A stretch of 63,935 nt of DNA, filler included, from Folioceros fuciformis (GCA_049999805.1; 21 parts of 21 records of this genome joined end to end with filler, not necessarily neighbours in it); one strand, 5' to 3'; positions 25,673 to 38,683 are shown, numbered from the whole stretch's first letter. The notes: generated by a model not told the origin, from the letters alone. Numbers and translations: made by a program.

Positions 25673-26595
25673 CGGGCGCGTGTGGGTGATGACCAGGTCC
25701 GGAGGTTCAGGGGATGTCATCTTCTGGGAGAGCCTCACCGGGCAGCGGTATGCTCTTGGGGTTTGGGGGGAGAAGGATGCGCGGATGGAGGTGCCGTACA
25801 CGTCGGTGAGCTGCGTCTTCAACCATCAGCGGTTCTATGCCAACGTGCAGTTCTCGGACGCGCTGCACGAGTGTTTTCTGGATCTGGAGAATGAGCAGCA
25901 TTGGAAGTGTCTGCCGCTGGACCGGTCGGCTGCCCCGCTGAGGGCGCCCGGTGTGGCGTTCCAGGTGCCGTCGCTGAAGGCGTTCGCGCAGGAGGAGAAG
26001 CTGGAGGGCTTCCTGAGGATGATGATCACCCAGTACAGGTTCGGTTGGCCGTTGAGGAAGGATCCTTGCATGCGTTTACGGTTAGGGTTCGGGGGAGGTG
26101 GCGACAGGGAGGCTGACTGTCTGGATGTCCTGCCAGGCAGAAGCTGCGGATGCCGTCGTCCTGGAGCAAGAAGCTCTCCAGGCTGCTTATGCCAGCTCTG
26201 GTTGCGTACGAGCAGGAGGCCATCTTCGGCGGGCCCCTGAAGCACGAGGAGTTTCAACAGGGCATCACCAGGGCGGTAAGCTCGGAATGTTACGTCGTGC
26301 ATCTGCAGGCCCTGGCACACTGGTGATGGAAGTGGTACATACTTCGTGTTTTGGCTTCATGCAGATTCCCAAGGGACATGTTTTCAAGGGGATTCCTCTG
26401 CACTTCAACCACCTGTCGCCCAGGAAGTTAATGGGGCAGCTTTGTGGGGATCCCGAGTTCCAGAATCTGCTGGAGTTGCGAGGGGACATGGTGAATTTTG
26501 CAGTTCGGGTGAAGATCACTGTTTACCCAGAAGATGTTTGCTCTTGCTGGGTCATGGTGGCGGTGGAGTATCCTGGGTCTAGTCCGCTGTTGTGA
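25673..26595 (+). CDS. CEP76: Centrosomal protein CEP76, C-terminal exons (5'-partial)
   Basis: WVMT..FWESLTGQRY, PY..V.CVFNHQRFYANVQ, IPKGHVFKGIPLHFNH, FAVRVKITVYPEDV..CWVMVA. Confidence 0.85.
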
Positions 26596-27548
26596 AGAGA
26601 CGACGAGTTTCACAAAGGTATGGACATACTCGACACTTGTGACTGACCAAACAAGCAAGCTACTGTGCATTGCAACTTGCGTCATTCAGGTTGAACCACC
26701 CTGCAAGCAACACATTCCATGCCCCCAAACCGTTTGTGACGCCAGTCTCCAACCTTCACAGCCATCACTAGCACGAGCGCCAAGCTTGGCAATACCCAGA
26801 TATCAGGTCTTGTCATGAGGCTTCACATTCCTGCAAGGGTACATGGCCGCCAGGCAGCCACCCAACACTTCCTTACCCAGCATCTCTCGCCCTCTTGTCT
26901 CTTTCAACAATCGAGACATCACCAGCACCTAACGACAGCACCTCAATGTGCGACTGAACTTGGGAAGATCATACATGTTCGAAGGATTTCCGCTAGGTAC
27001 ACAACCCCTGAACCCTTACAACAACATCACGTGCCCGAGCGAACTGCAACACACTGTGCCTTGACATTCAATCCTAACGTCATTACATAACCTGGATATA
27101 CCCGGAAGTGTCAGCCGGGACATCCCACGAGGCACGCAAAAGAGAAAAGAGGCGTTACAAGAAGCTTGAATACGGCTATCAGGCTTCCACTATCTGCTAG
27201 GAGTCAGGACCATGTAACTCTCACGATCACTCAACTCGAACAGAACGTGACGAGCCTCATGTACCTGGCAAAGATTCATACTCATCATACTGAGCAACAC
27301 TGAAAGGATGGGGCTCCATCCCGCTGGCCCGAAGGCCAAGGACCGCCACTGGTTGCTGTTTCCTTTCGTCCTTGGATCTCGAGAAATTTGGTGCTCTTGG
27401 TGGGCTATATATGTGGGTAGGGGTATTGGAAATATTAACTTCATTCTCTTGCAAGAGATCAGTTCTGAGCGAGCGCTAGATATCTATGTGACGTTCTTCT
27501 CCATACTTGTGAATTCATCTTTGTAGTTCAGAATTAGCAGTGCACGCC

Positions 27549-29177
27549 ATGGCGGGGCGATTCAAGTACGAAACTGTAAGTGTTGGATAACGTTGCGAAG
27601 CAGATTCTGTGGGTGGAGGCTCAGCTTGCAGGCAGCTCGCGGGCTGCAACGGGCCTGTCATGTTCATGTTGGGTGCAATGCTGCTGGGTTCGCAGGAATT
27701 CATCGTCAACTCCCGAGGAGTAGAGCAATTCACCTGCAGGTGGCTTCCTATGGGCCAGAAGATTAAGGCGTTGATCTTCCTCTGCCACGGTGAGTAGGAG
27801 CGGTTTGGTATATACAGTAGGATATCTATGATTGTATTGCTGTCAGCTGCAGGGCAGCTCCGCTTGGTAATGCGCTTGCTTGGCGGATCCGGAGCAGTTT
27901 GCTGACCGATGCGCCATCTCTTTCCTTGTGGCATGCAGGATACGCTATGGAGTGCAGCATCTTCATGAAAGGTGCGTGCTTGGCAGCCGTGTCACAAGTA
28001 ATGTTACGACAGCACGCGTTGCGTTTCGTGAGCTCACGGATGAGCGCATCCCATTTCCAACGCTGGTACCAACCATGTAGTTCTTGCTGCATAATGCAGA
28101 GACTGGAGAGAGGCTGGCTGAAGCAGGGTACGCCGTGTTCGGAATCGATTACGAGGGCCATGGCTATTCGAAAGGGGTGAAAGCTCTCATTAACACATTC
28201 GACGATCTGGTTTCGGACTGCGTTGAATACTTCAAGAGCGTACGAGGTATGACTGTCCACCTCTCATTCTGTCTCTCTGTGCAATGTCTGCGTGTTTCCT
28301 TCCCTGCGTGGCTGTCTGGATGTTCTTTCCACATCAATTGCAGCTCCGAATTGCCCTGCATGATATCTGAGCTCTTTCCAAATTCTGTATTGGTTTGTAA
28401 ACTTTGTGCAGAAAAGGAGGAGTACAGAGCCAAAGCGAGGTTTCTGCTCGGAGAATCCATGGGTGGTGCCGTATCTCTTCTCATCCACAGGAGGGAGCCA
28501 ACCGAGTGGAATGGAGCGGTTCTTCTCGCACCCATGTGCAAGGTGCGATCATTTTACAACCCGATCTCGTCGCTGCATCATTCTACTCACGGCAACACTG
28601 CCGCTAGTACTACCTCATCATTCTAAACAGTGAACTCGTTCGTACAGATTTCCGAGAAGCTAAAACCACCCAAGCTGGTGGTCAAAATCCTTGTAAAACT
28701 GGCGCCCATCTTTCCCACATTGCAGGCTGTCCCAACGCAAGACATCATCGACAGCGCCTTCAAAGATCCAGTGAAGAGGAAGGAGGTGAGCCGGGTAAAT
28801 CGGTTGGCACTGGCCCGATCGTCAGCATCAACCTGCAGCTGCTCATATTTGTCCACAACACTCACACACATTCGTGACGCAGATAAGGGCAAACCCTCTA
28901 GCGTACCAGGGCTGGCCCCGCCTCAAAACTGCCTTGGAGATCTACAACGCGAGCATGGATCTGGCGGATCGTCTGGAAGAGGTGCGTGTCCCTGTCTAGA
29001 TCTGTCTCTGTTCTACTCAAAATTCCCACAACGCGCACGCCTGAGCCCTGGTTGCGTGTGCTGTACCCATCTCACCTGCACCTACGCACTTATGCTTCTT
29101 CGAATTCTCGGCACGCAGGTGACGTTCCCCTTCCTGGTGCTGCACGGGGAGGCCGATGTGGTGACAGACCCTGAACT
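27549..29177 (+). CDS. Monoacylglycerol lipase / caffeoyl-shikimate esterase-like alpha/beta hydrolase, 3'-partial, multi-exon
   Basis: LIFLCHG, GIDYEGHGYS, GESMGG nucleophile elbow, PFLVLHGEADVVTDP. Confidence 0.92.
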
Positions 29178-29410
29178 NNNNNNNNNNNNNNNNNNNNNNN
29201 NNNNNNNNNNNNNNNNNNNNNTTAATTAATTAANNNNNNNNNNNNNNNNNNNNNNNNNNNNNNNNNNNNNNNNNNNNTTGACATGAGAACCTTTGATGAG
29301 CTGTCTGATGATGGGGGTGTCTACGAATCGGATTAGAATGTTTGTCTGCTGAACTGATAAGTAGCCTCTGCCGCCCGGGTCTCATATGACGTACGAACCT
29401 GTAGGCCAGA

Positions 29411-30590
29411 TTAAGCTCGTTTTGGAGCGGAAGCAATTTTGCTCTGTGACACTCGAGGAGGTGTTGAGGCAGGTTTGGTAACTGAGGGCCGTGTGCTTTG
29501 TGACACTCGAGGAGGTGTTGAGGCGGGATTGGTAACTGAGGGCCGTGTCACAGCTGTTGTTGCCCGTGTGCTTCCAGGAGCTGATGGCTGGGCACCTCCA
29601 GAGGCTGCTGCTTTGGGGGATGCATTAGCCTTCACTAGAGGAGACCTTGCCGCACCTGCCCCTGCTTGACCTTTTGCAGATACGGGAGCTGCAGTAGGTT
29701 GAGGAGCAGGGACCGTTCCGTAACGTGGCTTCTTCTTCTTCTGCTTCTTCCTTTTCTCTTCATCAACCTTCTTTTGCAGTTCTGCACGGTATCTGCGGTT
29801 CAATTCCTGCACAACTTCTCGCTCTGCTTCTATCTTCTCTACTTTCTGCGATTATGAACATCTGTACGTTAGCTTTATAATTTATCGCGGTTTTCTCTGG
29901 TAGTGAGAAGCATAGATGGTTGGTCACATGTTGGTCACTGCAATTGCTTGTCGACACCTGAGGTGTGTCGAGTGGTGTTTACCTTTTCGTGGGGCACGAT
30001 CAACTTGGTCCATATGTGATCGCCCTCATGGCAACGCGTGTACCTGCCACACGGAGCTCAAGTTGTAAGTGAGCGACTTTGTTGCCAACCATTGCTAAGA
30101 AACTTACCCTTAATAGCTCCTCCCTTCTCCTTACCCTCCAAGCTCTCCTACATCAATGTCGAGATGAGCTTTGTAATTGAGGGGCTTTCCTGGATATTCT
30201 ACCCAGAGCTTCCCTCCGCCCTCCAAATCTTGCTGCTTTGTCTTGTACCTGCAGCAATGGCGGATTCAGCAGAATGCTAGGGCCAAATCCAACCTCCCTA
30301 ATGCAAAGCGGGTAAGGTGAGTACCACTCACTTGACTCCTAAAACCCTCCCGATGAGACCCAGTGGAGTTTTTATGAGATCACCACCCTGCAGCAAGAGT
30401 GTAGCTGGAGTGTAATGCCTCTTGTGTGCACATCAAAGTCACCATGTCCTCAACAGCATGATGCAGGAGGAGAGGAGTGCACCTTCAAGCCCCAGAAGGC
30501 GAACAAGTCTTCGGGATTAGTCCAATACGGCGGCAACTTCTTCTTTTTCTTCTTCCCTTTCTTCTTCTTCTTCTTAGGAGCGAGCGGCAT
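29411..30590 (-). CDS. Five-exon gene for a ~257-aa Lys-rich protein of unknown function (exons 30590-30483, 30387-30332, 30248-30135, 30043-29983, 29845-29411)
   Basis: Four GT-AG introns whose phases all join into one ORF: MPLAPK6GK6LPPYWTNPEDLFAFWGLK|GGDLIKTPLGLIGRVLGVK|YKT...GKLWVEYPG...G|YTRCHEGDHIW...|KVEKIEAERE... plus a P/S/T tail. Confidence 0.8.
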
Positions 30591-31269
30591 TCTGGGAACT
30601 CACGACGCCTCCGAGCCCAAGTTAGGGCAAGCCCGGCGAAACCAGTCTACCGGCCCTTTCTTCCTCTTCTTTCTCATTGGATACGCAATCCAGGATCACA
30701 GGCTGCCAGACCCTGCCAATTCCGCTCCTCTGCAGCAAAGGTAGCATTGACACGTTTCTCGATTTCATCACCCGGCTTCAGATCTTGTCCTGCTCACAAC
30801 ATGATTGCCTAATGCTGCAGCAATCTCGGATAACAATTTCCGTCTTCCCTTGAGCGTGAAGCAAAATGTGCATCACCTTGCCTCAAATTCCCCCGATGAA
30901 TCGCGGATCGTCGAATTGGATGCTTTGCGAGGCGCATACTTCGCGTCGCAATACACTGTCAGCTGGAATGCATTTGTGTCTATGCGTGTTCTAACCTCCG
31001 AGTGCCTGTTCCACGACCGAGGCTTGGAGCAGTAGGGCAGAAGGAACACGCAAAGCTATGATGCAGCCTCGGATGCGAGTAAGCACTATGCTCCCGCCTG
31101 GTTGCGGGAAAACCTGTGGTGCAAAGCTGTAGACGATCCAATGGGTTTCATGCATTCTTCTCAGGCCAGGCAGTGACTGAGGAGACGAGTGAAGACGCAG
31201 AACGCGTCTCTTCGATACTAACTGGCTTGCTGTTACCGGCGGGCTCACTTGTTTAGGAAAGGGCACCTT

Positions 31270-31630
31270 CGATGGAGCCCAGCTGTATGGCATGTCAAGT
31301 TCTGCTGCGGGGCTGGGTTCTGAGAGTGCGGAGTTTTGTGGCTGGTGTGCATAGGTTGGATGTGTCAGTGGGCTTCCTGGGTGCCTTTATCCTGTCTCTG
31401 CACTGTGTGGGAGAAGGGGAGCTCACACACCTATCACCGAGTAAGTTGCTCCCACCCCGCCTTTGCCGTTAGAATGGGAGTTCACTTGGAGAGCGCCAGC
31501 ATTGGGTTTGTAAGCAGGTTGTGAATGCCGACATCCTTAGTCCATCTCTGGCCTGCAGGGTGACTGTGTGACTGCTGCCATGGCGTGGTCCTGGGATTTG
31601 TCCCGTGCGAATCTGGCAAGGTACTGAATG
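31270..31630 (+). pseudogene. Decayed duplicate of the 5' exons of galacturonokinase
   Basis: gagagtgcggagttttgtggctgg...gctcacac..atcaccgagtaa and gcagggtgactgtgtgactgc...ggatttgtccc...aaggtactg align to 33563-33860 with indels. Confidence 0.8.
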
Positions 31631-32083
31631 TCGTGTTTGTGAGAGAAGTTATCTGCTGTTCGCTCTCCGACGTCCTTAAGTGCTTATGAGCAAAGGATTG
31701 GAAGCTCGTAAAGGGCTAGTCTCTTGGTTTGAGCAGTTTTGGGCAGTAGGTTAACCCGAACGACTTAATCTGACTCCTGTCTTTCTCCACTTGGGGTGCT
31801 CATTTTTCTTTCCTAGTTGCACTGTTGATTGTCGCATTTTTCCTCAGGCTTCTGAACAACATGTTGAATTGGAGTGGCAAGTGGCGATGGTCTTGTGGCT
31901 TGTTGGGAGATGGAGAATGCCTTGGATCGGGTCTTAGTGGTAATTTTACTTGAGGTCTAACCCGATGTCCACGTTTTGTTGGGAAGGACGATTTAGAGAC
32001 ACCTTCCAATCAACGGAGCCTGATCCGGCTTACGACGGAGGAAAGTGAGGTCATGCAGGGCTCCTTGAATTATGCATTACACT

Positions 32084-32480
32084 CTTTTTGCCTTTGGCCC
32101 TAATGGGGTTGTTCCTTTTTGCCTTTGGCCCTAATGGGGTTGTTCCTTCAATCTTTTGGAGTAGATGGGACTTTCCATCTCTTTTTCAATCATAGAAAAT
32201 AGGAGTAGATGGGACTTTCCATCTCTTTTTCAATCATAGAAAATATCCCAGTATCGGCATGGATGTGTTGTCACCAACCAGTATCGGAATGGAACCAACC
32301 AGTATCGGAATGGATGTGTTGTCACCAACCAGTATGGAATGGATGTGTTGTCACCAACCAGTATCGGAATGGATGTGTTGTCACCAACCATGATCGGAAT
32401 GAATGTCTTTGTCACCAACCAGTATCGGAATGGATGTCTTGTCACCAACCAGTATCGGAATGGATGTGTTGTCACCAACT
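32084..32480. repeat. Cluster of local duplications and a ~30-bp minisatellite (CACCAACCAGTATCGGAATGGATGTGTTGT, about 7 degenerate copies at ~32247-32480)
   Basis: Read directly; two short direct duplications precede the array. Confidence 0.9.
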
Positions 32481-32539
32481 GGGGTTTGTCATCAGAATGC
32501 CCCAAACATTCACCAAAAGAATCATGAATCCAAGGGTAA

Positions 32540-32800
32540 CTCGAAGTCGTCGCTGCATACCTTCTTGGAACCTCCGGATGGAAGCCAGCGGATTTCCTAT
32601 CAGAGATCACTGCCCGGCAGCAAGAAAGGAGCCAGACAAGTCATAGAGCCGGAATGTGCTGTTTTTCTGCACATGACAAGGCCACGATGTGCTCAACAAA
32701 GAGATACAGGAGAAGGGGAATGTTCTTGGGTTCGCCGAGTATTCCAGCAACTTTCTCTTGCTCTCCTCTACATCTGTTTCCTGGGAGCGAGAAGCTTCTA
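32540..32800 (-). pseudogene. Decayed duplicate of exons 1-2 of the Lys-rich gene
   Basis: KRKLLEYSANPRTFPF resembles KKKLPPYWTNPEDLFAF; cagcggatttcctatcagagatcactgcccggcagcaag resembles cagtggagtttttatgagatcaccaccctgcagcaag. Confidence 0.7.
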
Positions 32801-33417
32801 TAACTTGTGTCGTCTCCAAGTCAGACCCAGTGCAAGCCCGATGGTCATCTTTCGTGTCCTTCCTCATGGGATACAGCCAACCTGGATTGCCATAGGACCG
32901 CATGCTGCCAGCCCCTGCCAATTCCGCTCCTTTGCAGCAAAGACGACGAGAAGGACGGTTTCCCTGATTTCATCAAAAGGCTCAGACCTTGTTCTGCTGG
33001 ACACATGCATGCCTAGTGCTATAGCAACCCGCAGCATCTCGGGCAACTTTTGCGCCTTCCTCTTTCGCCACAACGAAGCAACCGCACCTCACGTAGCGCC
33101 GGACTTCCCAGCGGCATGGCGTATCATCGAATTCTAATTCGCAGATCACAGAATCCTCATGCGTGGCATCGACGACTATATGGCATGCAAACGACTACTA
33201 TTTGGCATAGATGCCGGAAACCAGAGTTGTAAAGCAAGTTATGGATGGTCCGATCCGTTGTCTTCTTCCCAGGCCAGACAGCGACTGAGGGGGAACGAGT
33301 GAAAGAGCACACGAGTTGCTTCCACACTGACAAGCTTCGAAATTCCTCTTACTCGCTGGCTCACTTCTTCCGGGAAGAGTACCTCCTGTTGCGGCCAATC
33401 GTGGGGAACAGCTAGGC

Positions 33418-35983
33418 ATGGCTGGGTCTACTGCCGTCGCGAAGACATGGCCAACTTCCGACCTTGTCAGTGCTGAGGGCTCCACTGCTGCTGTCAGTCT
33501 CGGTCTCTGCTTGTAGTGGGATGCTGATTTCTGGTCGTCATCGGTATATGGTTGCCTCTGTAGGTTCAGAGAGTGCGGGATGTCGTGGCTGGCATGGCAC
33601 AGGTTGGAAATGACGAAGTTCGGTTTGCTGTGTCTCCTTACCGAATATGTCCGCTGGGGGCTCACATAGATCACCAAGTAATTTGCTCCCTTTTTGAGGA
33701 TTGGATTTCAATGGGAGAAAGACAGTAGTTGATTTCTTAACAGGATGGGAATGGCAGTAGGCTTCATCCATTTCGGGTTTGCAGGGTGGCTGTGTAACTG
33801 CCATGGCAATCAACCAGGGCGTCCTCCTTGGATTTGTTCCTTCAAAATCTTATAAGGTACTGGATGGCGCGTTGGTGAGAACAAGTACTTCTCTTCTTCT
33901 TGACGTCCTGGTTTATACTCTGTGTGCTGAAGAAGATACGGTAGGGAAGCTCACCAGCTGTCTCGTCCCTTCTCCTGACAGATGCAGTTGAGATCTGGAC
34001 AATACAAGGGCCAAGTGAATTTCAGGTTTACTTCAGTGTTTTCTTCATTTGGAATAACCTACCTCCCGTATTGTTCTCTAAGCTGTTTCTAGAATTTTGT
34101 CGATGTGCAGTGTAAACGAGGTTCACGACAGGAACCAATGCAACAACAACGAGAGGGGGAACCTGGAAGATGATTGCGAAGAATCTCGATGGGGTGATTA
34201 TGCAAGAGGAGCTGTGGTAGCACTGCAGAGAAGTGGATTCAACGTCGCACAGGTTAAGCTTTCTTGTTTTTGCCTGCTTTTTTGGTGAAGTCTCATCTGG
34301 GTGTCATCTTTTCCTTCGTGATGCAGGGAATTGTAGGCTTTGTGGAGGGTCAGAAAGGGTGTGATGGAGGGGGAATAAGTTCTTCAGCTGCTGTGAGTTT
34401 TGTCTTATCTTGCGATCAGAACTTGACATGTATTTCCAGAGCAGCGGAAATAGCTGACCATAGAGCATTCGTAGGACTTTGATTGCTTGTAAACACACTT
34501 CTCTTGAGACTGTTGTCCGATGAGTCCCTGGAGACGTAACTAATTGCTTTTCGGTTTGTAGATTGGGATCGCAATGCTTTTGGCTCTGGAAGATGCCAAC
34601 TCCCTCGATGTCTCAGAAGACGAAAACATAGAGCTAGACAGGTAAGCTGACGCTGGTTTCACTTGACATGGTTCAGGTTGGCAAAGTATAGGCGTAACTT
34701 AAAGGGCCATGTTGCAGGTTAATAGAGAACACATACCTCGGCCTGCGTAATGGATTGCTTGATCAGTCTGCAATTTTGCTTTCTCAACGCAACTGCCTCA
34801 CAGTCATTGACTGCAAGGTCTTCTAGCCTCTGTCCCTTACTCATCTATCATGTCGGAGCTGCGATCAAGAATGGTTTGAAATCTGTGATAGTGGGCTGTG
34901 TGTCAGGACCGCAGTCACATGATTGTGCATTCTCCCTGGTCAGAACAGAAAGGACAAGAGGAGCTTCCTTACAAGTTTGTCTTGGCGTTCTCAGGTCTCC
35001 GGCATGCTTTGGCAAGCAAACCAGGGTACAACTTGAGGGTGACTGAATGCCAAGCAGCAGCAGATGCTCTTCTTCGGTGAGTCTCCAAATCTGCACGAGG
35101 GTATGGATTAGCTTGCGATATCAATGTATTAATGATTTTCCGTCCATGCAACTGCAGAGCTGCTGGAAAAACGTCCACACTGCCTGTCTTGAGGGATGGT
35201 ATGGACATGTTATGCTTGCTGTATCAGCTGGTTGTCGCATCTCTTCTTGAATGGCATGCCTTGCAGCACAGTCTGACTAGACGCCTTGCGTGTTTGGCCA
35301 GTTACCATCGAGCAGTACAAAACTTATGAGGTTAGATTCAGCTGTCCTTCTCAGATGGAAGCTTGGCTTAAGTACAATTCCAGCTATCTACTAAAACCTT
35401 GTGGACGCTTCTTTCCAGTCTGTCCTCGCAATTGATTTGGCAAAGCGAGCCAGACACTATTTCACCGAAACCTCCCGCGTGGAAGCAGGTTCGTGGCCTC
35501 TGCAAAAAGCCTTTGTCGTCTTGCTGTCAAACTTTGTCTGTACACGTAACCTTCACAAAATGTTCAGGAATCAAGGCTTGGAAGGCTGGTGACTTGCTGG
35601 AGTTTGGAAAGCTGATGACAGAGTCAGGCCTGAGCTCTATCGAAAACTACGAGTGTGGTAAGAGGCCACCTTCGAGTTGAAGATTGTTGACCATAAATCC
35701 GCACGTCTGATCATGAAAAATGTGAACAGGCTGTGAACCCTTGGTCCAGCTCCGCGAAATAGTGCTAAATGCACCAGGCGTGCTGGGCGCAAGGTTCAGT
35801 GGAGCAGGCTTTCGGGGCTGCTGCGTGGGCCTGGTAGTTTCGCACTTGGCAGATGCTGCTGCAGCATTCGTCAGAGATAAGTATAGAAAGGCTCAACCAG
35901 AGCTTGCAGCACGTTTGGGGGCTGATACGGCGGTGCTCATCTGCGAATCCGCGAACAAGGCACACATTCGACGTGCCCCTTGA
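33418..35983 (+). CDS. GALAK: Galacturonokinase (GHMP kinase), apparently complete, multi-exon
   Basis: WPT N-terminus, VSPYRICPLGAHIDHQ|GG, WGDYARGAV, GISSSAA, LGLRNGLLDQSAI, GARFSGAGFRGCC. Confidence 0.93.
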
Positions 35984-38222
35984 GGTAACTTGGTGGGGCG
36001 TACGCTCATCAGACTAGGGCACGTTGGACTGATGAGCGGAGTGGCTGTTTGGCCGGAACTCTTAGGTAGGGTCATGTACACACATATTCTGTCAAAAAGC
36101 CTCTTCTGTCAGACATTATTTTAAGTCAGCTCGCATGCGTGGTGACTACACATCTCTATCAGCAAGACTTGCCTTGAAATGTATCCTGCCTGCCTTCACA
36201 GGCTTTGGTTCCTTTCTTTGCATCTGACATTCAAACAGCTCTAATCAAGTGAGTCACTGTCTAGCAGGACTGTAGGCGGCACCCTTCCTCTCCCCGCCTC
36301 GTCTCCACCCCGTGTCGGAGGCCGGTCAGTCTGCCTCCATCATTCAAAAGATCATGGATCCCGTTCATGTCAGATCGGCTTCCGGCACGGCTTTCAGCAC
36401 ATAATGAGCTGCTGGAACGGGTGATCCAAAACCTGGAACCAAGTAATGAAAATCACACTAGACAAGTGTGCAATGCAACTCTCGCCCCGCGAGTCCATGA
36501 GTCCATGAGTGCAAGAAGAATCTACATACTACGCGGAGCTCGACCTGCGCCCCGTATGAAGATGCTCGAATGCCCTAATCGGACTCCAATCCCATCCAGT
36601 CCAATGTCGTGCGCCCGAGGGAATAAATGCTGCCACCAAACTCCCGAGGCGTGCTATTGAATGCCACAAGGCTCGCACTGCTGCTGCCAGTCCGTCACGC
36701 CAACGGCACCTCCAGTTCGCACGAGCCGCGCTTACCCCTTGGGAAGTTGGGACCGTCTAGTCCATTTCACCCTAATCCAGACAACATTAGGCAGATCAAA
36801 TCAGAAGGCCTGTCAAAGGAGCTAAAAGCAGGTGTTCTAAGATCTTAAGTCTAATGTGTATAATTATCAAGTATAAAATTATCTACGCTAGAACCTTTGA
36901 CAACAGCTCTACAGCTCCAGCTCTTTTGTCGCAACATCACCAGAGTAGAAAGTTCCAAACCCATTGTTTATTTGAACAAGAAGTTGAACAAGCCAATCTC
37001 CAAACAAGAGGCTCCAAGTTCTTTGGAATCACATGCTCTGTTTTAAAATATGCTCTACTCCTATACACAGCTCATGGTAAGCTCCTACAAACAATTGGGG
37101 ATCAAACAATTGGGGATCAAAGTTGGAGAAACTTCTGCACATCGATCTTGACGAATGAACATTCTTCTTCCCAAAATGCCCAATTCAGCCAAATCTTGGC
37201 TTTTCCCTAGTCCATTTGGAGCTTGGAAACCCATTGTGTTGTTGTTGTTGTAGGGCATTTCTGGATCTAAGAACACTTGAAGATATGAGAAAAGGATCAT
37301 AAACAAAAGAGAGGAACGAGGACGAAGAGTAATATGTACATGTCTGGAGCATAAGTTTGATTCGTTGTTGGCAGGAGCGAGCGCGCGAGTCGAGAAAAAC
37401 CTCCACATGGAGGTGGGAATCGCAATCCACGGTCCACGTAACCCGGCAGAGCATTTAAATATGCACGAAAGGGGAAAGAAAGCGGTTCGGAATGCAAAGT
37501 GGAATTGGCGCTTAATGCATTTTTGTATGCAGTCCGGCCTGGCCCGGCGCAGACACAGGCCAGCACGTCTTACGGGCAGCGCTAGGCCTGCTGCTACTGC
37601 GGCTGCCTCTCCCCCCACTCTCCCGCCCTGCTCTGCTGCTNNNNNNNNNNNNNNNNNNNNNNNNNNNNNNNNNNNNNNNNNNNNTTAATTAATTAANNNN
37701 NNNNNNNNNNNNNNNNNNNNNNNNNNNNNNNNNNNNNNNNTTGTTTCAATTATCCTTATCTTAGGCACATGCAACATAGGTTGATATCGTCCTCGTCCCC
37801 ACCCTCATGCCCTTCCATATCCACATCCACAAACAAGAACAGCCAGCAAAGGTAAAGTAGACTAAGGTATGCATGGGGGGCTTAAAAACACACTAACTAC
37901 ATAGTCTTTATGCCTAGGTTGGGATGAATTTTGAGCCGTACCCGTGGGTGAAGCATTTTCCAACGAGAACAACGAAAGAGGAGCACAACCAGCTTGACGA
38001 CTTTGAAACAAGTGAGGAAGAGGATCAAGGAAACAAGGGGCTCGGCGCCACAGCTAGAAATCCATTGCCCACAACTCTGATGTTGCCACTCACAATCATA
38101 GGTCCCCATATTGCAAAGGAAATTGAGTCTTGTGCACAAGAGTCTATCCCAAGGGCCTATCTTGTTCACTCACGTGCCTTAGAGTCTAATGTTGAGGCCT
38201 ATACTTATCACTTTTGTACACA

Positions 38223-38392
38223 AGAGTCTACCCTCTATCCCTAAATACTGAGAGTCTACCCTCTATCCCTAAATACTGAGAGTCTACCCTCTATCCCAAG
38301 TAATAAGAGTCTACTCTCTAGACCTAAATAATAAGAGTCTACCCTCCAGTCCTTAAATAATAAGAATCTATCCTCCAACCCTAAATCATAAG
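38223..38392. repeat. ~28-bp minisatellite GAGTCTACCCTCTATCCCTAAATACTGA, about 6 progressively diverging copies
   Basis: Read directly; unit contains CCCTAAA. Confidence 0.85.
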
Positions 38393-38683
38393 AGAGTTGT
38401 TTCTAGCGGACTACCCTAATTAGGAGGACATCTACACTTAGTTCCTCCCCTAATGTGGAGTGATTCTTAGACCCAAAGAACCACCAAAGAGCCACATTTC
38501 CCCTTATTATCGTTGCAGTACTATGATTTGCTCCCAAGGGAGTGAACTAGTGTCAAGGTTACCTACAATTTCCTAATATGATCCTAACTATCAGCCAATT
38601 CCTAACCCTGACCACGCTACAACAAAAAGGTCAAAATCCCTAGCCATGTCTTTAGTTCAGCATACCAATTCCACGCTCCAGCA

